A DNA stretch of 64,000 nucleotides. Source: a virus. Numbering within the stretch: the stretch's first letter is position 1; the number at the start of each line of letters is the position of its first letter. The notes under the pieces were generated by a model. The model was not told the DNA's origin. It made no database searches and was given only the letters and a program-made list of their open reading frames with translations. Position numbers and translations under genes: made by a program. Shown piece by piece: positions 31,609 to 41,162 of the stretch. Where the stretch lies: positions 133,359 through 197,358 of IMG/VR virus record IMGVR_UViG_3300025237_000001; one strand, 5' to 3'.

Positions 31609-31935
31609 ATGGTATTAAGTAAAACTAAATTATATGTAATTCTCCTAGTTCTTGCTGGGATTATAGGTTTCTTAATCTATAACGCATTTCAAAGTAGAGC
31701 GGCTATTGAAGCAGCTTTAAAGGAAAAACAAAATGAAAAAGAAGAGGTTATTCGAGTTAGAGACTCTGCTAGAACAGCTCGTGATAGGCAAATAGCCGAT
31801 TTCGAATGGGATTTTGATTCTTTATCTAGAGCTAATAAAAAAATTATATATGTACCTTATGAAAAACTTAAATATGTTGACCGTACTCTTAATGATGCTA
31901 TCAACATCCTTGACAGCACAAATTACGAACAATAA
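31609..31935 (+). CDS. membrane-anchored coiled-coil protein (possibly spanin-like)
   Basis: N-terminal TM plus coiled coil; overlaps next secreted protein. Confidence 0.4.
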   Translation: MVLSKTKLYVILLVLAGIIGFLIYNAFQSRAAIEAALKEKQNEKEEVIRVRDSARTARDRQIADFEWDFDSLSRANKKIIYVPYEKLKYVDRTLNDAINILDSTNYEQ

Positions 31936-32431
31936 ATTAGACGGTGACGTTTGGTTGAACAAAAATGGTAATGTAGAGATGACACCCGAAGCGGCTATTG
32001 ATAAATCTAAAATCCTTAGTGATTGGGTTAGGCAAAGTGATACGCTTGCGACAAGGGAGAAACAACTTAAACTAAAAGATTCTATAATACAACAGATGAT
32101 TATTAAGGTTGCAGAGATGACAGGTGAGTTAAGAGCTGCTAATGCTTTTATTGCAAATAAAACTGAAACGGTAGATGATATTAACGAAGAACAGATTGAT
32201 ATAGCTAAAGGACTCTTTAGTAATTTCCAAGCTAATGTTCGTGCCCATGGAAATATAACCACTTATACAAACCCAGAAACAGGTCTAGATGAAGCTGGAA
32301 TGTTCAAATATCTACAAGCAGATGTTATACTTAGATATAATATTAAGAAGTACTATGTGTTCACACAAGGCTCTGTAGGTATGAATGACTACGTAAATAT
32401 TAGTTTAGGTGGTGGATATCGATTCTGGTAA
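31859..32431 (+). CDS. secreted/periplasmic protein
   Basis: Signal-peptide-like MKNLNMLTVLLMMLSTSLTAQ; C-terminal beta strands ending in RFW. Confidence 0.45.
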   Translation: MKNLNMLTVLLMMLSTSLTAQITNNKLDGDVWLNKNGNVEMTPEAAIDKSKILSDWVRQSDTLATREKQLKLKDSIIQQMIIKVAEMTGELRAANAFIANKTETVDDINEEQIDIAKGLFSNFQANVRAHGNITTYTNPETGLDEAGMFKYLQADVILRYNIKKYYVFTQGSVGMNDYVNISLGGGYRFW

Positions 32432-32455
32432 TAAATAAAAACTGTAAAAAACGAT

Positions 32456-32480
32456 AAAAAACCCTCATATGAGGGTTTTT
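32456..32480 (+). terminator. intrinsic terminator
   Basis: AAAAACCCTC-ATAT-GAGGGTTTTT. Confidence 0.8.
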
Positions 32481-32539
32481 ATCTTTATTCTCAATATTTA
32501 TATAATAACGATATAAAGTAATTTATAATAAATCAATTT

Positions 32540-34732
32540 ATGCAAAAAATAAAATTAAACGAAAGACAAGTTCTTATGCTTCAAAATCTACAAGGAGATA
32601 AGTCTAAGCCGAAGGTACTTAAAATCAATGAAGACCAATATAACAGGTTATTCAAAGAAGGTTTTGATGCTAACAAAGATTTCAAAAAAGGTGGTGTCGA
32701 TAGCGAGTCTCAAAAAGGTGATTTATTAACATTTGCTCAAGAAGTAATCGTATTCATTAAAGATATGTTATCTAGACCTGAAAGCGCACCATTTTCTAAA
32801 TATTGGGCGAAAAAAGGTATCTCAAAAGAGAAACTAACTTCAATGTTGGAGAAAGAAGGGTTGCTTACATCAAATCTAGGTGAAGCTGAAGGTGTTACGA
32901 CATATGTAACAGAGAAATATGGTTTTAGAGGAAAAGTTAAAGAGTTTTACAATACTATGAATGAATATAGTGGTGATGGTGGATATCCAGCGGGAGCTGA
33001 TAACGACCCTAATGCACCATGGAATCAAGAAGACCCAGAACCAAATCCAGAAGATGATACAAGTCAAGATGACAATAATGTTGTTTTAGATAGAGAAGCT
33101 CCATTACAATTAAGATTTTATAGTGGAAGTGAAGATGAAAATAACTTAATGGTGTTTACCGATAGAAGTGGACAACTTTTAGTTGTTAACGGTGAAAGAA
33201 TGTTAGCTTATTCAAAACATGATGAATTTGAAACATATCAAACTATTAAGGGTGATGATAGAAATCTAAAAGCACCTTTATTCTATTATATTAACGATAA
33301 ATACGCTTCAGGTGAGATGAAAGCATATAATACTTTTGACGCTTATACTAAAGGTCAAGTATGTATTGTAACTCCAGAAATCAAAAACGAATTACTAAAC
33401 ACATATAAAGGTAATAATGAATTGGCAAGTTTGTTAAATCAATTACCTGAAACTACGGGTGCTGCATCTAGTGGTGCTTTTGTTGGTGGTATGTCAAATG
33501 GTCCAATTAATAAAGGTAGAAGCCCAGAACAAGAAATGGGTAATATTATATCAGATGGTGTAGACCCTTCAGGTGTTCTACCGTTTCATTCAGAAAGAAG
33601 TGGTGAGGAACCATTTATTATCGATGATATAAAATGGCAATATTGTAATGTTAATAATAATGGGAAAATAAATCTTGGTGTATATAGATTCGGTCAAGAC
33701 ATGTGTTATTCATACGAATGGTTCAATGCTAACGTATTAGAAAAACAAAAAGTACAAGAAATGGATTCAGCAACTGCGGGTGGTGAAAGCGGAACTTTCG
33801 CTTTTGATGCGCCAGCTGGTGATGGTAGTGCGTTTTGGACTGCTGGAAACAAATTAAATAAAGGTAAGGGTGATATGCCAATGGTAAGAGGTGCTAAGAT
33901 AACTGAAGGTGATGAGCAAATTTTCTCACAAACTGATGAATACAGAAGTGGGTTTGATTTGAATGAAAAAGACCAAGCTATGTTCAACTATCAACACGTT
34001 AGACAACAATGGGAAAATGAGGGTCCTGAAGGAAAAGAATTTCTTAAACCTAGACTTGAAGCGGCATTTGCCAAAACTGGGTTAGCGTCAGGTAAAGCGA
34101 TGTTTTCAGAAGGTCTTGCAATAGGACAAGTTTATAAGAATGGGGTTGGTAGAAGAAAAATCAACGGTGTTAATAAATTAAATGGTGCTGTTAAGGTTAG
34201 ACAATGGGGTGATGGTGCCGCTAGAGATTTAAATATCAGTAAAAAAGAATTTGGTGGTTGGGAACTAATAAGTGAAAGTCGAAAAATCTTAAAGATAACT
34301 GAAGAACAATTAAAGAAAATTATAGAAGCCGATAATCAAACTTCAACCGCATACCCTAATGGTGAAATGGTTGATTTTGACGATTGCACTAAACTTAACA
34401 ATAATAAGGTAGCTCAAAACGGTGGTTGTAGTCAAGGTGACGATGGTGTAGTTAAGCTATCTAAAACAAAAGACGCTGTTGTGGCTGAAGTTGCTAGAAT
34501 TACAGGGAAACCAATTAACGAAGTTAGGTTAATAATCGAAGCTAATGAAACTCAGCAATTAATTCCACTATTTATTAGTGCGATTAACCAAGTAGACGAG
34601 AGTTTAGGTTATGAAGAATTAGCCAATGCAATTGGTTATATCATTAACGAACATTATGGAACTCATTTAGTTGAGCCATTCTTAAATAAATTAAATCAAA
34701 TATTAGTTAGACATACCGAAGGGACGTTTTAA
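32540..34732 (+). CDS. large late protein, putative head-internal protein
   Basis: 730 aa, late motif upstream, multiple L/I-x-E segments. Confidence 0.55.
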   Translation: MQKIKLNERQVLMLQNLQGDKSKPKVLKINEDQYNRLFKEGFDANKDFKKGGVDSESQKGDLLTFAQEVIVFIKDMLSRPESAPFSKYWAKKGISKEKLTSMLEKEGLLTSNLGEAEGVTTYVTEKYGFRGKVKEFYNTMNEYSGDGGYPAGADNDPNAPWNQEDPEPNPEDDTSQDDNNVVLDREAPLQLRFYSGSEDENNLMVFTDRSGQLLVVNGERMLAYSKHDEFETYQTIKGDDRNLKAPLFYYINDKYASGEMKAYNTFDAYTKGQVCIVTPEIKNELLNTYKGNNELASLLNQLPETTGAASSGAFVGGMSNGPINKGRSPEQEMGNIISDGVDPSGVLPFHSERSGEEPFIIDDIKWQYCNVNNNGKINLGVYRFGQDMCYSYEWFNANVLEKQKVQEMDSATAGGESGTFAFDAPAGDGSAFWTAGNKLNKGKGDMPMVRGAKITEGDEQIFSQTDEYRSGFDLNEKDQAMFNYQHVRQQWENEGPEGKEFLKPRLEAAFAKTGLASGKAMFSEGLAIGQVYKNGVGRRKINGVNKLNGAVKVRQWGDGAARDLNISKKEFGGWELISESRKILKITEEQLKKIIEADNQTSTAYPNGEMVDFDDCTKLNNNKVAQNGGCSQGDDGVVKLSKTKDAVVAEVARITGKPINEVRLIIEANETQQLIPLFISAINQVDESLGYEELANAIGYIINEHYGTHLVEPFLNKLNQILVRHTEGTF

Positions 34733-34778
34733 TTGATAGATTAAACAATAACTTTATATTTATATAAAAGACCAAAAT

Positions 34779-35801
34779 ATGGACAAAAGAATAATAAAAC
34801 GAGAATTAGATAAGTTAGTAGCAGAAGCTAGTGTTTCTGGTGAACAAGTTACCAAGAAAGCACAAAAGGTTAGTAAGAAACAAAATAACGCTTACTACAA
34901 AGATGTTGAAGGTAAAATGAAGGACTACGATAAGAATCTAAAACAGGAAGACGAGAACCAAATTGACCCAAAGAAAACAAATGCTGAGGGGAAAGAAAAG
35001 GAGTATCACGAAGACATGGAAATCATGAATGGTTTAGAAATGAATCAATATGATAATGAACCTAGTACTGCTTTTAAAGATAGAGCTAAAAAAGCTATTG
35101 AAGGTGATGCAACTATGGGTAATGACTCTGAGTGGGCTAATGTCATTCCAGCTGACCAACAAGGTTTTACTGGACCTGACTTTGGAAAGGATTTAGTTAA
35201 AAAAGCTAACGCTTCCAAAAAGAAAAGAAACGATAGTACGGGAACATTTAATCAATTCGGAGATGATATTGAGATGGTTGATGGTGCGTCAAAAATAAGT
35301 AAAAAGAAATTAGCAACAGAAACTATGAAAAGAATTAAATTTAAATCACCTTTAAATGGTGTAGGGAATGCCCTTAAATTAATCCCAGAAGCTTTCAGGG
35401 TTGATAATAAAGAATTTGAAATGACTGACGGTAACGAAACTTACAGAATGAAATGGAAAGGTACGTTAGCAGAAGGTAAAGCAACAGTTTTATCGGCAGA
35501 TTCTAAAGATTTAGTGAATGAAGATTTTTCAAAAATCAAACACCTTATGGGTTATAAAGCTGAAGATACTTTAGGTACTCCATCAGCTACTGATAGAATT
35601 AATGAAAACAAAAGATTACTTGAAAATGCAACTGGTGTAGGATTTGGTACTCAAGGAAATGGGTTTACAAGTGAAGGTGACCTTATGGGTGATGCTGAAG
35701 TTGTTGAAGAAGTTGAAGTAATGGAAGAAACTGAAGTTGTTGAAGAAGGTGTATGTACATGTGGTGAAGCAACTTGTGAAGAGTGTAAAAAAAAAGCTTA
35801 A
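34779..35801 (+). CDS. late protein; possibly extended to 36049 by -1 slip at A9
   Basis: 340 aa; contains FEMTDGN..WxGTLAEGKA..KHLMGYKAEDT domain; ends at an A9 run followed by an 84-codon -1 frame. Confidence 0.65.
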   Translation: MDKRIIKRELDKLVAEASVSGEQVTKKAQKVSKKQNNAYYKDVEGKMKDYDKNLKQEDENQIDPKKTNAEGKEKEYHEDMEIMNGLEMNQYDNEPSTAFKDRAKKAIEGDATMGNDSEWANVIPADQQGFTGPDFGKDLVKKANASKKKRNDSTGTFNQFGDDIEMVDGASKISKKKLATETMKRIKFKSPLNGVGNALKLIPEAFRVDNKEFEMTDGNETYRMKWKGTLAEGKATVLSADSKDLVNEDFSKIKHLMGYKAEDTLGTPSATDRINENKRLLENATGVGFGTQGNGFTSEGDLMGDAEVVEEVEVMEETEVVEEGVCTCGEATCEECKKKA

Positions 35802-36059
35802 GTGAATGTTATATTGCAATAGCTGATAAACCTGGAAAGGGAGTAGCTGATGCACATATAATATCTGATGAAGATAAAGTTGATTATATTGAAGGTAGTT
35901 GGATTTTAAGAGGTCCGTTTTCTGAGAAAGAAGCGGAAGCAAAATTAAAGACTATTACACAATCTGATACCAATTGGAATCATAAGATTGATAAAACAAA
36001 GGGTTCGAAATATTATGAGGACTCTAAAGAAATCTCGAAAGAGTGGTAAAATAAAAATT

Positions 36060-36956
36060 ATGAAAAGAGTAAAATACAACAAAGAGTTTACAAGTATTCA
36101 AGAGGCTTTAACTAAAGTGCCAAATCTTTTAAAAGAAGATAAAAATGTTTTCGAAATGACTGATGGTAATAAAACACTTACAGTTAGATGGGAAGGTACA
36201 TTAGCAGAAGGTAAGGCAGTTGCTTTAACAGCTAAAGATGAAGTTCTTATTAATGAAGACGTTGATAAGATGAAACACCTTATGGGTTATAAAGCTGAAG
36301 ATACCATTGGTACTCACAAGGCTAAAGGTAGAGTAATGGAAAATACAAAGTTTAAGGAATTACTTGAGGCTAGTAAAAAAAAAACTTTAGTTGAAAATTC
36401 AGGAGCTGTTGGCGTAGCTAACATTGTTGATGAAGCTGAGGTAATGGAAGAAAGTCTTAAAGGAATCATGGCGGGAGTTATGGCACTAATTGGTGGTATG
36501 GTTCATGGTCAAGAAATTCCACAAGAAAAGGTTCAACAAGTTAAAACTGAACTTTCACAATTATCTCCACAACAAAAAGAGGTTGTTGGGAATAAATTAA
36601 CCCCAGAACAAGTTCAACAAATTTCTGATGCAACTGGAATTTCATTTACAGAGGATGGAGCCAATAGTTTATTTCAATGGGACCCACAGACGGACGCTAA
36701 GCGCACCCCAGCCCCTAAACTATACTTAGGTAAGTTTGGTGACATTAATGCAGCTAAGGTGGTCGATGTTGATACTAACGGTAAAGGTGGACACCAATTC
36801 ACGGTTCAAATATCAGGTGTTTACGCACATGGGACTAATTTCAGTAAAATTAGAACTTATATCGGTAAAAACAATACGAAACTTAGTAACACTTCGATTC
36901 AATTTGTTAACGATGAAGGAAGCCCATATAGCGGTAAGGATGTAAGTTACAAATAA
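36060..36956 (+). CDS. late protein sharing a domain with the upstream gene
   Basis: ATG at 36060 (MKRVKY aligns with MKRIKF); same FEMTDGN..GTLAEGKA..KHLMGYKAEDT domain. Confidence 0.65.
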   Translation: MKRVKYNKEFTSIQEALTKVPNLLKEDKNVFEMTDGNKTLTVRWEGTLAEGKAVALTAKDEVLINEDVDKMKHLMGYKAEDTIGTHKAKGRVMENTKFKELLEASKKKTLVENSGAVGVANIVDEAEVMEESLKGIMAGVMALIGGMVHGQEIPQEKVQQVKTELSQLSPQQKEVVGNKLTPEQVQQISDATGISFTEDGANSLFQWDPQTDAKRTPAPKLYLGKFGDINAAKVVDVDTNGKGGHQFTVQISGVYAHGTNFSKIRTYIGKNNTKLSNTSIQFVNDEGSPYSGKDVSYK

Positions 36957-36979
36957 GTTACAAATAAAATAAAAAAAGA

Positions 36980-37007
36980 TAACCCACCATTTTAGGTGGG
37001 TTTTTTG
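36980..37007 (+). terminator. intrinsic terminator
   Basis: AACCCACC-ATTTTA-GGTGGGTT plus T-run. Confidence 0.8.
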
Positions 37008-37036
37008 ATTTTAAAGATATTTATAATAAAAAAGTT

Positions 37037-37534
37037 ATGTCAATAGAAATTTCAAAATACGTAAGTTACAATGAAGTAATTCGTAGTGCAACAGCATTAA
37101 GAAAGAATATTAAAAACATTCCTAACTCAGAGCAGTTAGATAAAATTAAAATATTAAGTAAAAAAGTATTTGACCCATTGAGAATTTGGTGTGGTGGTAG
37201 AGTTAAGATAAACTCAATATTCAGAAGTAAAAAATTAAACACTAAAATTGGTGGAAGTAAATCATCTCAACATATGGCGTTTAAAGGTGCTGCTATGGAC
37301 ATTGATGATATATATGGACACAAAACAAACCTAGAAATGTTTTACTATATTAAAAATAATCTTATATTTGACCAGTTAATAGCTGAGTTTCCTAAAGATG
37401 GTGAACCAAGATGGTTACACGTATCTTATAACGAAGGTAAAAACAGAAATAGGATTTTAATAGCAACTAAAATAAGTAAAAGAACAAAATACCTTTTATA
37501 TGAAGGTAATGAACATTATTTAAATAAACAATGA
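37037..37534 (+). CDS. peptidase M15 endolysin-like protein
   Basis: SIFRS..N..IGGS..SQHM..AMDI..WLHVS Zn motifs. Confidence 0.85.
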   Translation: MSIEISKYVSYNEVIRSATALRKNIKNIPNSEQLDKIKILSKKVFDPLRIWCGGRVKINSIFRSKKLNTKIGGSKSSQHMAFKGAAMDIDDIYGHKTNLEMFYYIKNNLIFDQLIAEFPKDGEPRWLHVSYNEGKNRNRILIATKISKRTKYLLYEGNEHYLNKQ

Positions 37535-37998
37535 TAGATAACGTAAGCAAATATATAAAACACATGTCAAGACCCCTTTCTCTATTACAGATTGAGCTGA
37601 TATATACTAGTAACAACATAGTGTATGAGCGAAGTGATTTGTATTCTGATTTCACTTTAACATTAGACGACCTTATAGATTCAACCTATTTAGGTCATGA
37701 TATGATGAATGAACAAGAAAGATTGATTCATTTCAATTGGTGTTGGGATAAGACATGTACATTATTGAATGGCGATGTTATTAAATTTAATGAAAATAAC
37801 GAAGTTTATGTCTATTTTTTAGATTTATATTTTGAAACGTTTTATACCCCATCTTCAACACACTATAATGAAGTAAAAATATATTGGAATTATTTATTTA
37901 ATTATAATATAGTAAAAACACGTTCAGATATTGATAGGTTCGTAAATTTATACAAACATTTCGATAAATCTTTTAAAAATGCTAATTATTTAATATAA
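37531..37998 (+). CDS. hypothetical protein
   Basis: 155-aa coupled ORF. Confidence 0.5.
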   Translation: MIDNVSKYIKHMSRPLSLLQIELIYTSNNIVYERSDLYSDFTLTLDDLIDSTYLGHDMMNEQERLIHFNWCWDKTCTLLNGDVIKFNENNEVYVYFLDLYFETFYTPSSTHYNEVKIYWNYLFNYNIVKTRSDIDRFVNLYKHFDKSFKNANYLI

Positions 37999-38048
37999 AA
38001 ACAGGGTTTTCTATTTATTTATTTAAATATTTCCCTTATATTAGATGT

Positions 38049-38300
38049 ATGAGAATACACAACATAGTTTTAACAGGTTTAATTAATGACCGTCTAGTTG
38101 CTTATGAAGAGCTAGAAAGGGATATGAACAAACACAACAACATGTCAGTTGGGGATATGGTTTATGTAATTAAACAACATTTAAAAAAAATCATTAAATT
38201 GAACGCCATGATTGATGAATGGCAACAAATAATACAGTCGGAAGTAAAAAGTTCGATAGACGAACTGACTGAAAAAGTTAAAGAAAGTACACATGAATAA
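38049..38300 (+). CDS. hypothetical protein
   Basis: 83-aa ORF. Confidence 0.5.
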   Translation: MRIHNIVLTGLINDRLVAYEELERDMNKHNNMSVGDMVYVIKQHLKKIIKLNAMIDEWQQIIQSEVKSSIDELTEKVKESTHE

Positions 38301-38475
38301 TTTAGAAGATTTAAAAGTTATGATTAACCGTTTAGAGGTTGACTTAACTAAATTCTACACTAAAGGGAATAAAGCTGCTTCAATTAGAGCAAGAAAAATC
38401 TTACAAGATATTAAAGGACAAGCTCAAAATATTAGAATGGACATATCCGAAGTAAGAAACAAAAATAAGAAATAA
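38293..38475 (+). CDS. histone H1-like protein Hc1 family
   Basis: KFYTKGNKAASIRARKILQ matches the Hc1 hallmark KGNKAAGxRARK. Confidence 0.75.
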   Translation: MNNLEDLKVMINRLEVDLTKFYTKGNKAASIRARKILQDIKGQAQNIRMDISEVRNKNKK

Positions 38476-38684
38476 TGTTAATAGCAATAATAAATAAAAT
38501 ACTATTGGTAGCATTCATAACAGCAATTGTTAATTTGTTCTGGCATTTATTCTATGCGATTCAAGCATGGACTAAAAACCCTGAACAAAACACTAAGTAT
38601 ATTTTAAGCTCTAGAAGCTTACTATTGCTAGGTTTATCAATCGCTTATGTATTAACATCAATAATAACAGGAATTAATTTATAA
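38475..38684 (+). CDS. small membrane protein
   Basis: Two TM segments. Confidence 0.5.
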   Translation: MLIAIINKILLVAFITAIVNLFWHLFYAIQAWTKNPEQNTKYILSSRSLLLLGLSIAYVLTSIITGINL

Positions 38685-38686
38685 GA

Positions 38687-39409
38687 ATGGGTAATATTAA
38701 TAATAAAGTAAAAGAATTACATCCACACGTACTAAGTATACGATTTATGGATGGGTTAACAGTAATTGATTGTGCATTTAAAGATGGGTGGGCAATACCT
38801 AAATCAGATACGGTTGGAAATGAAACAACCCCTGATAAACCAAACTACTACATGTTATATCCGTTGAGTGAGAATGTTGGTATAGATGAGATGTTAGATT
38901 ACGTTACTTATGTAATTAAAGTTAACATAGAACGTGAGTTGAAAATCAAATTACTTCAAATTAAGATTAATGAATTGAAACAATTGTTCACTAAAATTTC
39001 TTTAGAGAAATGTAAAACAATTCAATTTGAATTTAAAACAAACTTAGATATCACATCCGAAGATAACATCAATTTAGATGAAATGCCAATTTACAACGCA
39101 AATGATGCTGTAAGTGATGCTGTAAGTGATGCTGTAAGTGATGCTGTAAACACTGGAAATGATACTACACCAAACACTGGAAATGATGCAGAAGATGAAC
39201 ATGTAAGAACAATTTCTAGGCAAGATGTTATAAATGATAAAGATGTTAGTAATGTAAATCCAGCAACGGCTTCATTTAACAATGAGACTTTTGATTTACC
39301 ACCAAAGAAGAATAATAAAGTAGTAGAGGTGCAAGAGTTTGTGGTTCCTGAAGTTATATGTAAATGTGACCCATTGGACCCAAATCAAGTTTGCCCAGCA
39401 TGTATATAA
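38687..39409 (+). CDS. hypothetical protein with C-terminal CxC..CxxC
   Basis: 240 aa; contains DAVS tandem repeat. Confidence 0.5.
   Translation: MGNINNKVKELHPHVLSIRFMDGLTVIDCAFKDGWAIPKSDTVGNETTPDKPNYYMLYPLSENVGIDEMLDYVTYVIKVNIERELKIKLLQIKINELKQLFTKISLEKCKTIQFEFKTNLDITSEDNINLDEMPIYNANDAVSDAVSDAVSDAVNTGNDTTPNTGNDAEDEHVRTISRQDVINDKDVSNVNPATASFNNETFDLPPKKNNKVVEVQEFVVPEVICKCDPLDPNQVCPACI
39104..39148 (+). repeat. 12-bp coding tandem repeat (GATGCTGTAAGT x3.75)
   Basis: Directly visible; encodes DAVS repeats. Confidence 0.9.
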
Positions 39410-39410
39410 G

Positions 39411-39713
39411 ATGAATGTAATAATATTTTTAATAATAGCGTATGGAGTATCCAACATAATGGTATTCTCTTCCATCTTCAAATGGTGGAGAAATTTATGG
39501 TCAAGATGGTCCCCAAATTTCTTTGGAGAACTATTCAGTTGCATGATTTGTTTACCTTTTTATGTAGGAATATTACTATCTCTCTTTATTTTTTCAGTGA
39601 GTGGTGTATATTTAGGGGTAGGTAGTGTATACTTAGCAGCTTTTTTAGATGGGTGTTTCGCATCAGGTGGTGTATGGTTAATACATTCGTTACAAGAAAA
39701 ATTAGAAAGATGA
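39411..39713 (+). CDS. DUF1360-like membrane protein
   Basis: GELFSCMICLPFYVG motif within TM segments. Confidence 0.55.
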   Translation: MNVIIFLIIAYGVSNIMVFSSIFKWWRNLWSRWSPNFFGELFSCMICLPFYVGILLSLFIFSVSGVYLGVGSVYLAAFLDGCFASGGVWLIHSLQEKLER

Positions 39714-39934
39714 AAGATTATCTAACTAATTCAATAAAAAAAGAATCTAATGGAATCGCATTAGAGCAAAAGAAAACCGACTTAAGGAAAGAAGCTTTTA
39801 TTCAGGAAATAAAAAATGGTTTAGGTGAAGAAATAAAATTGAACCCCAACAGAGTAGAAGTTGTAATAAAAACACCTATCAAACGTGATGGGTTTTTGAA
39901 GAGGTTTTTAAAAAGATTAAATAAAGTGTTTTAA
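39710..39934 (+). CDS. hypothetical protein
   Basis: ATGA overlap with upstream stop. Confidence 0.5.
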   Translation: MKDYLTNSIKKESNGIALEQKKTDLRKEAFIQEIKNGLGEEIKLNPNRVEVVIKTPIKRDGFLKRFLKRLNKVF

Positions 39935-39935
39935 A

Positions 39936-40166
39936 ATGAGATATGAAACTTTGATAGAAAGTGTTTCGGAAATAGTTAACAATGAGTTAATTTATAAAGA
40001 AGGTTTAGTGTTAGTTTACAAACTAAGTGCTAAAAAGCATAGAAAATTAAGTGAACACGTTTTTCTTAAAATAAATACTGATACCAACGAAGCGTTTGAA
40101 CACACAGAAGAGTTCGAAGTTGAGATGGGTGGTATTGTAATAAAATTTGTAGTAGATGAAGAGTAA
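39936..40166 (+). CDS. hypothetical protein
   Basis: 76-aa ORF in operon. Confidence 0.5.
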   Translation: MRYETLIESVSEIVNNELIYKEGLVLVYKLSAKKHRKLSEHVFLKINTDTNEAFEHTEEFEVEMGGIVIKFVVDEE

Positions 40167-40347
40167 GTTTTACAGATGTATGGTTTTTTCCTTTTATATT
40201 GGTGAGGGGATTAGGTGGTTTAAATTATTTAAGCTAAAACTTTCTTTTAAACATATTAACAAATATAAGTTTAAAACTAATAACCCTGATGGAATTTACG
40301 TAGGGTATTGGTTAATAAACCTACAATCAATAACTAAATTAAATTAA
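40156..40347 (+). CDS. hypothetical protein
   Basis: 63-aa ORF in operon. Confidence 0.4.
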   Translation: MKSKFYRCMVFSFYIGEGIRWFKLFKLKLSFKHINKYKFKTNNPDGIYVGYWLINLQSITKLN

Positions 40348-40353
40348 AATAAA

Positions 40354-40578
40354 ATGGAAACAGAAGAAATTCAAACAGTTACCGAAGTGAAAGAGACAGG
40401 TATTGTATTATCAGATAACGAGAAACAATTAATTGAGAACTCACGAAGACAAATGGACGCTTTAGAGGGATTTAAAACAGCTTACAACGAACTAGTTCAA
40501 AGAACTGGATTCGCTTGGGTAGTTGATGGTAATTCACCTATAAACAACCCTGTACTAGGGGTTGCGAAAGTAAACTAA
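40354..40578 (+). CDS. hypothetical protein
   Basis: 74-aa ORF followed by terminator. Confidence 0.5.
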   Translation: METEEIQTVTEVKETGIVLSDNEKQLIENSRRQMDALEGFKTAYNELVQRTGFAWVVDGNSPINNPVLGVAKVN

Positions 40579-40598
40579 GAGAAATACGGTAAAAAATC

Positions 40599-40628
40599 AA
40601 AAACCCATGAGAAATCATGGGTTTTTTG
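40599..40628 (+). terminator. intrinsic terminator
   Basis: AAAACCCATG-AGAAAT-CATGGGTTTT plus T-run. Confidence 0.8.
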
Positions 40629-40663
40629 TTTACAATGTTATTTATTTTAACTATCATTGTTAT

Positions 40664-40870
40664 ATGAAAATAGTAATAAAAGAAATAACACCAACAGGGG
40701 ATAGTTTATTAGTCTACTTAATGACTGATACTAACCAACCTGTGAGTTGTAATATAACTCAAAAAAGTGAGTTAACTGAAACGATAAGTTCAGTGTCAAA
40801 TAATATTAAGGATTATCCACAAGAGAAATATTCTTACGCACAATACATTAAACAAGATGAGCAAAACTAA
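40664..40870 (+). CDS. hypothetical protein
   Basis: ATG at 40664. Confidence 0.45.
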   Translation: MKIVIKEITPTGDSLLVYLMTDTNQPVSCNITQKSELTETISSVSNNIKDYPQEKYSYAQYIKQDEQN

Positions 40871-41162
40871 AGAACACCCATTAATACTAGTATGTTATAT
40901 GGATAGAGAATTAATGAAACAACAAGAAATAATGGTTCACATCAGTGAAGGAATTAATAGAGCTATAGCTGAAAGAGAAGCCAACGCAATGGCATTCTTC
41001 CTACCAACTGACGGACCAGAAAGAATGGAATGTATCAACCCAATACATACAACAAAGAAACAAGCAGATAAAATCGATAAAATGATTAAAGATGTTAGAG
41101 AATCCTTTGATATTGGTCAAGGTGCTGATGAAAATCTAGATGATGATTTAGGTGACTCATGA
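40857..41162 (+). CDS. hypothetical protein
   Basis: 101-aa coupled ORF. Confidence 0.5.
   Translation: MSKTKEHPLILVCYMDRELMKQQEIMVHISEGINRAIAEREANAMAFFLPTDGPERMECINPIHTTKKQADKIDKMIKDVRESFDIGQGADENLDDDLGDS

Noticed and set aside
31609-32431. Canonical i-spanin/o-spanin pair
   Set aside because: The second protein has no lipobox Cys; kept only as a low-confidence possibility
39104-39187. Functional repeat locus
   Set aside because: Simple in-frame 12-bp slippage repeat in a low-complexity linker
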